Shown: positions 1 to 9,840, counted from the stretch's first letter. The stretch is 64,000 bases of DNA from Chloroflexota bacterium (GCA_028875655.1 JAPPCX010000085.1:9887-73886); one strand, 5' to 3'. Notes: generated from the letters alone by a model not told the origin. Translations and numbers: made by a program.

Positions 1-113
1 TTCGACCGCACCCATCTGCGTTTGATTTTCAGACCCGACCGCGACGAACGCACGCCCCGTTCGGGTATCCGTTCGTCAAGGGCAAATCCGGCTCGAAGGG
101 CCAGCGCCAGGCG

Positions 114-857
114 ATGACCATACTCCAACGCGCGAGCCGTGCTACGTGGGTGATGCTCGTGGCGACGCCCATACTGGTCGGGGCCGGCGTAATCCTCCTG
201 GTATTCGCTCCGCAGCTGTCGCCCGTCCTTCGGTACACGGCGGTGTGTGTGTTGGCCTACCTGGTTGGGTCGCTGTCGTGGGGCTACATGCTGGTTGACC
301 TGGCGATGGGCGAGGACATCCGGCACTTCGGCAGCGGACGCACCGGGATGTCCAACATTCTGCGCACGGCTGGCGGCAAGGCGGCGACTCTCGTGTTCGT
401 GCTGGACGCCGGCAAAGCCGTTCTGGTCGTCCTGCTGGCGCGCGCCGTCGCCGGGTCCGTTGCAGCCGGATCTGTTGAAACCGAAGTTGCCGCCGCGCTG
501 CTTGCCTTGTGCGGGCATAACTGGCCGATATACCTGGGATTCCGCGGCGGACGTGGCATCATGCCCGGATTCGGCGGCCTGTCGGTAATGGCGCCTTGGG
601 TAGCAATAGCCGGCGGAGTGCTGTTCCTTGTCGTAACACTTTCCAGCCGCATACTGTCCCTGGGCAGCATCGTGGGTACTTTGGCCGTCGCTCTGATCAG
701 CCTGGCGCTGACCTTTGTGATCGGACACCACCAACTGTACACGCTGTACGCCTTTGTGGGCGGCGCGCTCATCATCTGGCAGCACCGGGATAACATACGG
801 CGCATCGCCAACGGCACGGAGCGGAAACTCGGCTTGCCAGGTCTCCGCAATCGCTAG
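114..857 (+). CDS. plsY: Glycerol-3-phosphate acyltransferase PlsY
   Basis: Multi-TM protein with PlsY-like motifs FGSGRTGMSNILR and HNWPIYLGFRGGRG. An N-terminal extension of about 40 aa means the true start may be internal (for example GTG at 243). Confidence 0.85.
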   Translation: MTILQRASRATWVMLVATPILVGAGVILLVFAPQLSPVLRYTAVCVLAYLVGSLSWGYMLVDLAMGEDIRHFGSGRTGMSNILRTAGGKAATLVFVLDAGKAVLVVLLARAVAGSVAAGSVETEVAAALLALCGHNWPIYLGFRGGRGIMPGFGGLSVMAPWVAIAGGVLFLVVTLSSRILSLGSIVGTLAVALISLALTFVIGHHQLYTLYAFVGGALIIWQHRDNIRRIANGTERKLGLPGLRNR

Positions 858-929
858 GCTTGGCGGGTTCCATAACGGGAATCCTATGCTAAACTGCGAT
901 TAACGCTCAGAAATGGCAGGTGCAGGCTG

Positions 930-1916
930 GTGCAGCAAACTATTGAGACCCCCACCGCCGGAGTTTCTCCGGTCATAGTTGATGCGGCCGCTGTCGCCCG
1001 TCGCATCGCGGTCAATGTCGCCAACGTCATCATCGGCAAAAACGACGTTATCGAGCAGGCTCTCGCCGCCCTGATCGCCGACGGACACATACTGGTTGAG
1101 GACGTTCCCGGCGTGGGTAAAACCATGCTGGCGCGTTCTTTGGCGGTGTCCATCGGCGGCACCTTTTCGCGCATCCAGTTCACCCCCGACCTCCTCCCCA
1201 GCGACGTAACCGGAGTTTCCGTGTACAACCAGGGAACGGGGGATTTCAGCTTCCGTTCCGGCCCCATCGCCGCCCAATTGGTCTTGGCGGACGAGATCAA
1301 CCGCGCTACCCCAAAGACACAGTCCGCCCTGCTGGAGGCCATGGAAGAGCGACAGGTTACGGTTGATGGCGTCACTCACCCGATGCCGGCTCCGTTTCTG
1401 GTCATCGCCACTCAGAACTCCATAGAGTATGAGGGAACGTTCCCGCTTCCCGAAGCCCAACTTGACCGGTTCCTTTTGCGGGTTAACGTCGGTTACCCGC
1501 AGTTTGACGAAGAGATAACCATCATCGCGCAACAGGAGTTCTCCCACCCGATCCAGGAACTGCAACCGGTGGCGTCTCCCGAAGACGTGATTCAGTTGCA
1601 GCAGGCCGCTCAGAGCGTGTACGTTGACAGCCTGGTCCGCGAGTACCTGGTGTCTCTGTCCGAAGCGACACGCTCTCACCAGGACGCCGCCTTGGGAGCA
1701 TCTCCCCGCGCGTCCCTGGGACTGTTCCGCACCGGCCGCGCGCTGGCGTTGATTCGCGGACGGGATTACGTGCTGCCCGACGACATCAAGGAACTGGCCG
1801 TCGCCGTATTGTCCCACCGCATCGTGTTGACTCCGGCAGCCCGGATGCGGGGCATCCGACCCGAGCGACTCGTATCCGAAGTGCTCAACACGGTAGCCGT
1901 GCCGGGCGCCGGATAG
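930..1916 (+). CDS. MoxR-family AAA+ ATPase
   Basis: Walker [10 protein letters not shown], Walker [10 protein letters not shown], and the typical MoxR length and C-terminal lid. It is followed by DUF58 and transglutaminase genes, the canonical operon. Confidence 0.9.
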   Translation: MQQTIETPTAGVSPVIVDAAAVARRIAVNVANVIIGKNDVIEQALAALIADGHILVEDVPGVGKTMLARSLAVSIGGTFSRIQFTPDLLPSDVTGVSVYNQGTGDFSFRSGPIAAQLVLADEINRATPKTQSALLEAMEERQVTVDGVTHPMPAPFLVIATQNSIEYEGTFPLPEAQLDRFLLRVNVGYPQFDEEITIIAQQEFSHPIQELQPVASPEDVIQLQQAAQSVYVDSLVREYLVSLSEATRSHQDAALGASPRASLGLFRTGRALALIRGRDYVLPDDIKELAVAVLSHRIVLTPAARMRGIRPERLVSEVLNTVAVPGAG

Positions 1917-1984
1917 AGCGGAGTAATGGCTAACGTCCTAATTCTGGACAGGACGGGAATCCACCGTTTCCACGAGGTTTGGTG

Positions 1985-2290
1985 ATGCACACCTTCGACG
2001 TTATTGTTTGGGCTGGCCCCCTTTCCGACGGCTCTATTTCCTACTCCTGCTGGTGCTCGTATGTTGTGGGCGTTTGGGGACATGGCGAGACCGAAGAGAA
2101 AGCGCTGGCTGACATCGTCTCCGCAATGACAGACGTCATCTACCATCCTTGGGATGATGGAGTTAGTCTGGCTGACTTTGAGATGGCCGCCGCAGAAATG
2201 GCGAGCGTGATGCAAGAACTTTCCGAGGAAGGCATTGACTATAAGGTTCATCGGGTTTCTATCCCGGCCAAAGAGCCGGCCGGCGTCTGA
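1985..2290 (+). CDS. hicB: HicB-like (UPF0150) antitoxin candidate
   Basis: The small protein FDVIVWAGPLSDGSISY...VGVWGHGETEEKALADI resembles the HicB N-terminal fold signature. GAGG lies 8 nt upstream of the ATG, and the stop overlaps the next start by 1 nt (TGATG). Confidence 0.55.
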   Translation: MHTFDVIVWAGPLSDGSISYSCWCSYVVGVWGHGETEEKALADIVSAMTDVIYHPWDDGVSLADFEMAAAEMASVMQELSEEGIDYKVHRVSIPAKEPAGV

Positions 2291-2562
2291 TGCCGCGATT
2301 TGCCAATGTTCGCCCCCGCAGGTTGCGTCGTGTGCTGCTTCAAATGGGATTTATTGAAACTGTCCATAACGACCACTGGCGTTACCGCCATCCCGGACTG
2401 GGTTTGCGTACCCACGTATCCTATGGCAACAATGAAATCAGAGCTGAATTGATGGGCGACATCATCACCCATCAGCTGCGAATGACTATTGACGAATTTC
2501 GGGACGCCATGAACGGCGACATACCGGAACGCTTTACCAACCCCGAATTCTGGACCAACTGA
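2290..2562 (+). CDS. hicA: HicA-like (YcfA family) toxin candidate
   Basis: 90-aa basic protein. RRLRRVLLQMGFIETVHNDHWRYRHP...THVSYGNNEIRAELMGDIITHQL resembles the HicA dsRBD-like pattern, and it is translationally coupled to the upstream HicB-like ORF. Confidence 0.55.
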   Translation: MPRFANVRPRRLRRVLLQMGFIETVHNDHWRYRHPGLGLRTHVSYGNNEIRAELMGDIITHQLRMTIDEFRDAMNGDIPERFTNPEFWTN

Positions 2563-2570
2563 CACATCCT

Positions 2571-3875
2571 ATGATGGTTAGACGCGCAGTTAGCCAGCAC
2601 CGGCGCAAGCTTCTTTTCGGCCTGCTCATCCTGGCCGTGCTTTTCTACGCCCTGGGCACCGGCTTCCCCTTCTTCTACCGGCTGCTGTTCACGCTGATCG
2701 CCCTGGTGGTCATCGGCTACGGGTGGGCGTGGCTCAATTTGCGCGGCCTGGAAGTCCGCCTGTTCCGTATCGGCACGCGCGGGCACATCGGGGAGTACCT
2801 CGACGGGCAGGTCCAGCTGGTGAACCACACCAGGATGCCCAAGTCCTGGTTGGAAGTCGTCGAGGACACCGATTTGCCGCAGCCGGGCGGCCGTACCGTG
2901 GCGCTGGTCAAGGGGCAGTTGCGGTCCTTCCGCATCGCCACCTACCTGTCCCGGCGTGGCATCTATCGCACCGGCCGGCTCCGCGTAACGGCCCGCGACC
3001 CGTTCGGCCTTTTCCGGTTGACCCGAACTTTCCTCGATGGTCAGTCTTTCACCGTCCTTCCGCAAACGGTGCCGCTCCCGGACCTCGATCAGCGTTTCGC
3101 CAACCTGCCCAGCGACAGCGTCTTCTCCCGCCGCACCCCGGCCATCACGCCGGAATCATCCACCGTCCGCGACTACGCCCACGGCGACAGCCTGCGGCGC
3201 ATCCATTGGCCGTACACCGCCCGCATGAACCGCCTCATGGTCAAGGAGTTTGACATCGGCGTTTCCGCCCAGGCCTGGGCTGTGCTCGACATGGAACGCC
3301 GTTCTCACGTCGGCGAGCCGCCCGACAACACGGAAGAACTCGCCGTCACCATCGCGGCCTCTCTGGTGCGACACTGGGATGAAACGGCCACCCCGGCAGG
3401 TTTGGCCGCCAACGGATCCGAGCCCTGGATTCTCAAGCCCGACCGCCGGCCGGCCCAACTGGGAGTTCTCATGGAAGCATTGGCCGGCGTCCGTTCCGAC
3501 GGCGTCTTGCCCATGGAAAGATTCCTTCAAGACCTGCGGCCACACCTTTCCGGTTTCAACACCCTTATGGTCATCACTCCGTCCCGCCGGCCGGAATGGG
3601 CCTCCATCCTGGTCGGTATGCGCCGGCAAGGCGTCAACGTCGCCGTGTGTTACGTCGATCCCGCCGGTTTCGCCGGCGACGGCAGCGAAGCGCAGACCGG
3701 AACCACCGGGCAAATCACCGCCGACTACCTCGCCCAGCACGATGTCCCCGTGTACCTGGCGCGCCGCGGCGAGGACATCAACCGCGCTCTGTCGCTTCCG
3801 CTGGCTCCCAGGACCGAGCCGGCTGAACGCGTCGGCGAGGACGCAGGCCGCCGCGCCGAGGCAATCGTGGCGTGA
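2571..3875 (+). CDS. DUF58 domain protein (MoxR-operon partner)
   Basis: Two N-terminal TM helices and the DUF58 signature RDYAHGDSLRRIHWPYTARMNRLMVKEFD. It sits between the MoxR and transglutaminase genes. Confidence 0.85.
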   Translation: MMVRRAVSQHRRKLLFGLLILAVLFYALGTGFPFFYRLLFTLIALVVIGYGWAWLNLRGLEVRLFRIGTRGHIGEYLDGQVQLVNHTRMPKSWLEVVEDTDLPQPGGRTVALVKGQLRSFRIATYLSRRGIYRTGRLRVTARDPFGLFRLTRTFLDGQSFTVLPQTVPLPDLDQRFANLPSDSVFSRRTPAITPESSTVRDYAHGDSLRRIHWPYTARMNRLMVKEFDIGVSAQAWAVLDMERRSHVGEPPDNTEELAVTIAASLVRHWDETATPAGLAANGSEPWILKPDRRPAQLGVLMEALAGVRSDGVLPMERFLQDLRPHLSGFNTLMVITPSRRPEWASILVGMRRQGVNVAVCYVDPAGFAGDGSEAQTGTTGQITADYLAQHDVPVYLARRGEDINRALSLPLAPRTEPAERVGEDAGRRAEAIVA

Positions 3876-3882
3876 TTGGCTT

Positions 3883-6426
3883 ATGGTAACCGCGACGACC
3901 GCAGCTCCCACCCTGCCGCAACCCGCCGCCGACGACGGTGCCTTCCAGCGGGCTGGGTCTTGGCTGGGCCAGCGTTCGCTCTTGCTGGCCTATGTCCTCC
4001 GGCCTCCCGACGGTTGGATCGCCGCCGGCCTGCTGGCGCTCAACATGGTCATCGTCGTGTGGTCGGTGGAGGTAGCGGATTGGGCGCCGACTCCCCCGCT
4101 GGTGCTGGTGATCCTGCTCGCCGTGTTGACCGCCCTGGTGCTCACTCGTGTGCGGCTATGGGCGGCCGCGTTGATACCCGTCGGTTTGCTGATCGGCGCG
4201 GGCGTCGTAATCTGGCAGATGACCGCCGCCCCACCGGAGGAACTGCGAATCGCTTCAACGCCGGAATTCTTCGAGCGTCTCGGCGACTGGATCCGGGCCG
4301 CGCGCACCGAGGGAATCAGCGTCGATCCGCTCCCCTTCGCCGTTGGCCTGATGATTGCTTCCTGGCTGTCTGGGTTCTTCGCCGGTTGGGTATTCTTCCG
4401 GTATCGCAACTTCTGGGGAGTCTTCGCCCTCGGGTCTCTGGGCATCCTGTCCAACCTCACCTTCCTCCCGGAAAACGCCAGCGTTTACCTGGGGATCTAT
4501 CTGTTCACCGGCCTGTTGCTGGTCGGTTGGGTTCAGTCCGTCCGGGCCAGACAGCGCTGGGACCGGGAGCGCCACGTGTACGACGGACACCTGGGTCTCC
4601 TCACCGCCAGCGACACGACGCTGGTGGCATTCGTGGCGTTGCTCATCGCCTTCCTGATTCCGGTCGGCGGGCAATGGGGTCCGGCCAACTCCGTGTATAA
4701 CTTCACGCGCTCGCCCCTGATCCACTGGGAAGAGGATTTCAACCGTCTCTTCGCCGGCCTGCCGGCCCGACGGCCCCTGCCCTATCGCATTTGGGGAGAC
4801 ACCATGGCCTTCCAGGGCACCATCAATCCCACCAATACCCCGGTGCTCCAGGTCAACTCGTCGGTGCCCCTCTACTGGAAAGCCCGCTCCTACCCCACCT
4901 ACACCCACGAAGGCTGGCTGTCAGAAGGCACGGTACTCAAAGAACCGGGCTGGAAACCCGACTACAGCGCGCCCAGCCCTGAGCAGGAGCGCTTCAACGT
5001 AACCTTTGAAGTCATCCCCAAGTATGACAGCCGCAGCCTGTTCGCCGGCGGGCAAACCGTAGGCGCCAACCGCGACATCCGCATCGAAACGTTCGACTCG
5101 CCCCGCTACGTTATCGACCCGCACTTGGACGGCTCCACCGACGATCTGCCGTCCGCCTTGCGCCAGGCCGTCGCCGGCGTCCGCCATGAGGTCGCCACCG
5201 ACCCCTACGTGTCCGACGATGCCATCGTATCCGCCATTCCCGGCGTGTTCAAGCTGGAGTCGGTGGAACGGGAAGCTGACGGCCGGGTTGTCAACGCCGT
5301 GATCGCTGAAATCATCCCCTCCGAACCGGATGTGCTGGCGGTGCGCGCCGCCGGCGGCAACGCCGCCTCGGGAGACCCATACCAGCTGACCGCCTCGGTG
5401 TCGTCAGCCAGTCCCGACGACCTGCGCCTGGCCGGCCAGGAATACCCCACCTGGGCCTGGATTCGCTACACCCAACTGCCGGAGGATATGCCGCCTCGCG
5501 TCGCCGAATTGGCCCGGGAAATCACCGCTGATGCCAATACACCCTACGACAAGGCCAAAGCGGTCGAAGCGTGGCTGAAGGACAACATCACCTACAACCT
5601 CGCCATCGATCCCCCTCCCTTCGGCGCCGACGGTGTCGATCACTTCCTCTTCGATAGTCGGGAGGGCTACAGCGAGTATTTCGGTTCGGCAATGACCGTC
5701 CTGATGCGCAGCGTGGACATACCCGCGCGGATGACCACCGGCTACACCACCGGCAACCTAATCGACGGCTCGAACCTGTACCTGGTGTCCGACCGCCATA
5801 GCCATGGTTGGGCCGAAGTCTATTTCCCCGGCTACGGCTGGATACCCTTTGAGCCTACCCCCGGCCGGGAAATTCCGGTGGTGATTCCGCCGGAAGAGCA
5901 AGCGGCGATGGCCGCGCTCAGGACCAACTCCGACGGCTCCGGCGACCTGCCCTGCGAAATCGAGGAGGACTGCGAAGAGGCCGACATCTCATTGAGCGCC
6001 GACGACATACCTGTGCCCGAAGACCGAACGACCCTGCTGTGGAACGCCGTCCGCGCCGCGCTGCCCTGGGTCATCGCGATTGGCGCCGTCCTCATGATCC
6101 TGGCGGTTTCCGCGTGGACCGTCTGGCGCTGGTTGTTGGCAACCCCGGCCAATGCCGCCTCAACCTACCGGCGTTTGCGACGGCTGGGCCGCTTCGCCTC
6201 GTTGGCTCCGGCGCAACATCAGACTCCGCACCAGTGGGCCGCAACGGTTCTGCAGGCTCTGCCCGAGCAGCGCGCAGAAGTGCTGCGCATCGTTGATGCC
6301 TACGTTCTCAGCACATATTCGGGGCGCGCATCCGATGAATCGTCGGCCTGCAACCACGTCGCGGACGCCTGGCGCTCCGTCCGCTTGCCCCTGCTGTGGT
6401 ATGCTCTGCGCCGCCGCGAAGCGTAG
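3883..6426 (+). CDS. TgpA-like membrane transglutaminase-core protein with a C-terminal DUF4129-like region
   Basis: Multi-TM N-terminus and a core reading EGYSEYFGSAMTVLMRSVDIPARMTTGY...SHGWAEVYFPGYGWIPFEPT. The track ORF starts at 3250 but overlaps DUF58, so the ATG at 3883, just after the DUF58 stop, is chosen. Confidence 0.85.
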   Translation: MVTATTAAPTLPQPAADDGAFQRAGSWLGQRSLLLAYVLRPPDGWIAAGLLALNMVIVVWSVEVADWAPTPPLVLVILLAVLTALVLTRVRLWAAALIPVGLLIGAGVVIWQMTAAPPEELRIASTPEFFERLGDWIRAARTEGISVDPLPFAVGLMIASWLSGFFAGWVFFRYRNFWGVFALGSLGILSNLTFLPENASVYLGIYLFTGLLLVGWVQSVRARQRWDRERHVYDGHLGLLTASDTTLVAFVALLIAFLIPVGGQWGPANSVYNFTRSPLIHWEEDFNRLFAGLPARRPLPYRIWGDTMAFQGTINPTNTPVLQVNSSVPLYWKARSYPTYTHEGWLSEGTVLKEPGWKPDYSAPSPEQERFNVTFEVIPKYDSRSLFAGGQTVGANRDIRIETFDSPRYVIDPHLDGSTDDLPSALRQAVAGVRHEVATDPYVSDDAIVSAIPGVFKLESVEREADGRVVNAVIAEIIPSEPDVLAVRAAGGNAASGDPYQLTASVSSASPDDLRLAGQEYPTWAWIRYTQLPEDMPPRVAELAREITADANTPYDKAKAVEAWLKDNITYNLAIDPPPFGADGVDHFLFDSREGYSEYFGSAMTVLMRSVDIPARMTTGYTTGNLIDGSNLYLVSDRHSHGWAEVYFPGYGWIPFEPTPGREIPVVIPPEEQAAMAALRTNSDGSGDLPCEIEEDCEEADISLSADDIPVPEDRTTLLWNAVRAALPWVIAIGAVLMILAVSAWTVWRWLLATPANAASTYRRLRRLGRFASLAPAQHQTPHQWAATVLQALPEQRAEVLRIVDAYVLSTYSGRASDESSACNHVADAWRSVRLPLLWYALRRREA

Positions 6427-6473
6427 CCCCATAAACCGGCGATCCGATCCGACGGTTTCGCCACAATTCGGAC

Positions 6474-7004
6474 GTGACCATGAGCAACGGCAGCCCTCTT
6501 TACCGCTGTCTCCATGAATCTCCGGTAGGCTGGATTGCCTTATTGGGAACCGGCAAAGGATTGCAACGGGTGAGCCTGCAACCCGAGCCTCAGGACGCCT
6601 TGGCCGGGTTGGGCGAGGCCGCGGAGTCCGCCGAGGACAGACCCGACGTGTTCGCCGACACCCTGGCCGCCCTTGATGACTACTTCGCCGGCCACACGTC
6701 CGCATTGGCTCGCATCCAGGTGGACCTTACCGGCGCGTCTCCCTTCTTCAGCGCGGCATGGGAAGCCTGCTGTTCAATCCCGCCCGGCGAAACCCGATCC
6801 TACCAGTGGCTCGCGGAAGCGGCCGGCAATCCGAAGGCATCCCGCGCGGCCGGGCAGGCCATGGCGAAAAACCCCCTGCCGCTGGTTATCCCGTGCCACC
6901 GTGTCGTCGGCAGCAATGGCGGCCTCCACGGTTACGGCGGTGGCGGCGTGGGCGTCAAGGCGCGCCTGCTTGAACTGGAACGGCAGCAGCGCGTTCTTCT
7001 ATAA
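6474..7004 (+). CDS. ogt: Methylated-DNA--protein-cysteine methyltransferase
   Basis: Active-site motif LVIPCHRVVGSNGGLHGYGGG (PCHRV) in the C-terminal domain. Confidence 0.9.
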   Translation: MTMSNGSPLYRCLHESPVGWIALLGTGKGLQRVSLQPEPQDALAGLGEAAESAEDRPDVFADTLAALDDYFAGHTSALARIQVDLTGASPFFSAAWEACCSIPPGETRSYQWLAEAAGNPKASRAAGQAMAKNPLPLVIPCHRVVGSNGGLHGYGGGGVGVKARLLELERQQRVLL

Positions 7005-7049
7005 TCCACACAACCCTATCCAACCGCGCCGTCGGCAGGAGGTTCCACC

Positions 7050-7499
7050 ATGGCAGGGCAAAAATTTACTTCGTGGGTGCATGGCGCCGCGATGACCGGG
7101 GAGTATCTCAACCGCATCACTTCCGTGCGCCACTGCGGCCCCTTCGTGCGCATCGAGGGCAACGAGGGACAGAATACGTGGCTCCACTTCGCAATCCCCA
7201 CGCCCACCGTGCAGAACGGCAGCCGCACCAAGGCCGAGTCGGTGGCCGTTTCCTTCCGCGCCCGCTCTCACGCCAGCGTGGCCGAAGTGCTGGTGTACGA
7301 CGGCGAGAAGATCATCGCCGAACATCTCGGAATGGCCATTAAAGGCGACAACCTGGACGCCAGCTTCGAGATTCCGGGCGCGCCCGAAGTTGACCGGGGC
7401 ATCAACGTCGTGGTCGGCGTGACCTTCGACCAGGGCGCGCCGGACATCCGCTCCATGCAGGTCGAAATCGTCGGCGTCGGCGTGAACTTCGCGGGCTAG
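7050..7499 (+). CDS. Hypothetical protein
   Basis: AGGAGG lies 7 nt upstream of the ATG, and the composition is globular and protein-like. No family recognised. Confidence 0.6.
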   Translation: MAGQKFTSWVHGAAMTGEYLNRITSVRHCGPFVRIEGNEGQNTWLHFAIPTPTVQNGSRTKAESVAVSFRARSHASVAEVLVYDGEKIIAEHLGMAIKGDNLDASFEIPGAPEVDRGINVVVGVTFDQGAPDIRSMQVEIVGVGVNFAG

Positions 7500-7783
7500 A
7501 CCCCCTCCACAATCATCACGTTGGAAATGGTGGAGGCGATGCGCAGCTCCTTGGGGCCGGCGTAATCGTCGGAGTAGTACCACCCCTTGGCCTTCTCCAG
7601 GCTGTCGAACTCCAGCACCACCGTGCGGCGTTCGGGCTGGTCGCCCTCCACCACCGACACCTCGCCGCCGCGTACCAGGTACCGGCCGCCGTGCTTCTCG
7701 ATGGTGGCCGGAACCTGCCCGCGATAAACCTCGAACTGCTCCGGGTCGGTCACCTCAATGGTGGCGATGATGTAAGCGGCCAT
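7496..7783 (-). CDS. DUF1330 domain protein
   Basis: 95 aa. MAAYIIATIEVTDPEQFEVYRGQVPATIEKHGGRYLVRGG matches the DUF1330 (dimeric alpha/beta barrel) pattern. Confidence 0.8.
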   Translation of the reverse strand: MAAYIIATIEVTDPEQFEVYRGQVPATIEKHGGRYLVRGGEVSVVEGDQPERRTVVLEFDSLEKAKGWYYSDDYAGPKELRIASTISNVMIVEGV

Positions 7784-7797
7784 GGTATTCCTCCGGT

Positions 7798-8796
7798 TTA
7801 CGACTGCGTCAGTTCCCGCACCGTTTCAGTGAGCGCCGGTATCACCTTCTCCCAATCTCCGACCACGCCGTAGCGGGCGTCCTTGAAGATGTTGGCGTCC
7901 GCGTCCCTGTTGATGGCGACGATGGCCTTGGACCCGCTGCAACCGGCCATGTGCTGGCTGGCGCCGGATATGGCCACGGTGATGTACAGGTCGGGCGTGA
8001 TGGTCTTGCCGGTCAATCCCACCTGGTAGTTGGCCGGGACCCAGCCAGAGTCCACCGCCGCGCGGGATGCGCCAACGGCTCCACCCAGCAGGTTCGCCAA
8101 CTCCTCCAACTGCGCGAAAGGCTCCGGTCCACCGAGGCCGCGCCCACCGGACACCACGATCCGCGCGTCCTCCAGCTTGATGCCCTCGGCCTCTTCTTTG
8201 ACCACATCCACCACGCGGGTTTTCGCTGCGGACGGGTCGATTTCCACCGGGAAATTCACCACCTGACCGCTGCGGCCCGCGTCGGCGCCCAGCGGTTCGT
8301 ACGTCTTGGGCCGGATGGCGGCGATCTGCGGCGTCTGGTTGCAACTCACCACGGCGACGGCGCTGCCCCCGTACACCGGGCGGTTGGCCAGCAGCTTGCC
8401 GGTGCTGGCGTCGGCGGACACCTCCAGGCAGTCCTGGGCCAGGCCCACACCCATCCGGAAAGCCAGGCGGGGAGCCAACTCGCGCCCCTCATTGTTGCGG
8501 GCGATGAGAATAATGTTGGGATTGGCCTCGCTGGCCAGGGTCTGCATCGCCGCAAGGTACAGGTCCGGGTGGTATTCGCCCAGACTGGGGTTGGTCACCG
8601 CGTAGGCTCTATCGGCCCCGTGGGCGATGGCCTGCTGCGGAGCGCCGGCCAGGTCGGCGCCGATCAGTCCGATGGCAAGTTCCTGTCCCAACGAGTCGGC
8701 CAGCGTCCGGCCGGCGGCGAGCAGTTCCTGGGCGGTCGAGGAGAGTTCACCCTGGGGCGCCTCGCCGAATACTAAAATTCCGGTAGCATCTGCCAT
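7798..8796 (-). CDS. etfA: Electron transfer flavoprotein alpha subunit
   Basis: C-terminal FAD-binding signature [29 protein letters not shown], located downstream of etfB. Confidence 0.9.
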   Translation of the reverse strand: MADATGILVFGEAPQGELSSTAQELLAAGRTLADSLGQELAIGLIGADLAGAPQQAIAHGADRAYAVTNPSLGEYHPDLYLAAMQTLASEANPNIILIARNNEGRELAPRLAFRMGVGLAQDCLEVSADASTGKLLANRPVYGGSAVAVVSCNQTPQIAAIRPKTYEPLGADAGRSGQVVNFPVEIDPSAAKTRVVDVVKEEAEGIKLEDARIVVSGGRGLGGPEPFAQLEELANLLGGAVGASRAAVDSGWVPANYQVGLTGKTITPDLYITVAISGASQHMAGCSGSKAIVAINRDADANIFKDARYGVVGDWEKVIPALTETVRELTQS

Positions 8797-8838
8797 TATC
8801 TTGCAGTCTCCGTAGGTTGGTGTGTAACAAATCTCCCC

Positions 8839-8863
8839 GTCATTCCGGCTTTCGCCGGAATCC
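8839..8863. repeat. Palindromic repeat family A copy (GTCATTCCGGCTTTCGCCGGAATCC)
   Basis: Hairpin-forming 25-mer in the 72-nt etfB-etfA spacer. Related copies occur at 9816, 34632, 39680, 41553, 49538, 51845 and 62002. Confidence 0.85.
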
Positions 8864-8868
8864 GTTGG

Positions 8869-9669
8869 TTAGATGAAACGGTCTTCCCGCAGTTTCAGGG
8901 CGAGCCTGCGCGCCGCGTCAGCATCGTCGTCGCCTTCGATGATCTCGCAGTCCTGCTCGCGCTCCGGCACGAAAAGATCGTGCAGAGTGACGCGAGGTTC
9001 CAGCTGGCTGTCGTCCAGGTCCAGGTCGCCGGTTGTCCAGACGGTGGGGCGCTTGCGGGTGGCGGCCATGATGCCCCGCAGCGTTGGGTAGCGCGGCTGG
9101 CCCAGTTCGTTGCTTACCGTGACCAGCGCGGGCAGGTCGGCTTCAACGACCTCGAATCCGTCGGGGGCGAGCCTTTCGACCACCACTTTGTTATCCTGCA
9201 CGTCCACCTTTTTGCCCAGCGTGATGCACGCCATGCCCAGGGTCTCGGCCACGCCCAACGGCACCTGGGCATTGTCCCAGTCCGATGCCTGCCGTCCGCA
9301 GATGATCAGGTCGAACCCGCCCAGCTTGTTGATGGCCGACGTGAGCAGCTGGACGGTAAAGAAAGAGTCCACCGAGTTGGCGAACGCGTCGTCCTGCAGC
9401 AGCACCAGTTCGTCCGCCCCCATCGAAAGCGGCTTTTTCATCACGTCCAGCGCGAAGGTAGTGCCCGAGGATATGACGGTGATGTTCGCGCCCTGCTCGT
9501 CCTTGATCTGGAGCGCGGCCTCAACGGCGTTCTCGTCGAAGCCATTGACCACGGGCGGGATGTTCGGCGGCGGGACAACCTGGCGGGCGTCCGGGTCGAT
9601 GCGAAAGGCGGCGGCCGGCATTTCCGGGTCAACGACCTGCTTGGCCAGCACGCAAATGTTCACGGGCAT
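8869..9669 (-). CDS. etfB: Electron transfer flavoprotein beta subunit
   Basis: EtfB-type N-terminus MPVNICVLAKQVVDPE, 266 aa, adjacent to etfA. Confidence 0.9.
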   Translation of the reverse strand: MPVNICVLAKQVVDPEMPAAAFRIDPDARQVVPPPNIPPVVNGFDENAVEAALQIKDEQGANITVISSGTTFALDVMKKPLSMGADELVLLQDDAFANSVDSFFTVQLLTSAINKLGGFDLIICGRQASDWDNAQVPLGVAETLGMACITLGKKVDVQDNKVVVERLAPDGFEVVEADLPALVTVSNELGQPRYPTLRGIMAATRKRPTVWTTGDLDLDDSQLEPRVTLHDLFVPEREQDCEIIEGDDDADAARRLALKLREDRFI

Positions 9670-9792
9670 GGGTAAGTTACTCCCGACGGAAATCGTAAAA
9701 TGCTATGTGAAAGTTATCACTAGCCCATGGCAGTGTCAAACCGCCGAACCACCCGTCCACCACCGTCGCAGATTCCCCCTCCGCTTACCGCT

Positions 9793-9840
9793 CACCCTGA
9801 GCCTGTCGAAGGGCCGTCATTCCCGCGAAAGCGGGAATCC
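9793..9840. repeat. Composite repeat: family D (CACCCTGAGCCTGTCGAAGGG) plus family A (GTCATTCCCGCGAAAGCGGGAATCC)
   Basis: Family D reappears inverted at 63053-63072. The family A hairpin is at 9816-9840. The composite lies in an intergenic region. Confidence 0.8.

Noticed and set aside
29-238. A 69-aa minus-strand ORF at the window start.
   Set aside because: It overlaps the plsY 5' region and has low-complexity translation with no start signals. Positions 1-113 may be the tail of an upstream feature, but nothing supportable is visible.
900-1817. Long antisense ORFs opposite well-supported genes, for example 900-1817(-), 13634-14884(-), 16331-17443(+), 29666-30853(-), 43688-45145(-), 50592-51752(-), 51921-53624(+), 57445-58773(+), 59222-60133(+).
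   Set aside because: They are typical shadow ORFs of high-GC DNA. Their translations are Arg/Gly/Ala/His-rich low complexity with no motifs, while the opposite strand encodes proteins with clear family signatures.
3250-3882. The 5' extension of the 1058-aa track ORF, overlapping DUF58 in another frame.
   Set aside because: The extension is Pro/Arg/Ser-rich low complexity and fully overlaps the well-supported DUF58 gene. The ATG at 3883, just after the DUF58 stop, begins the membrane domain.
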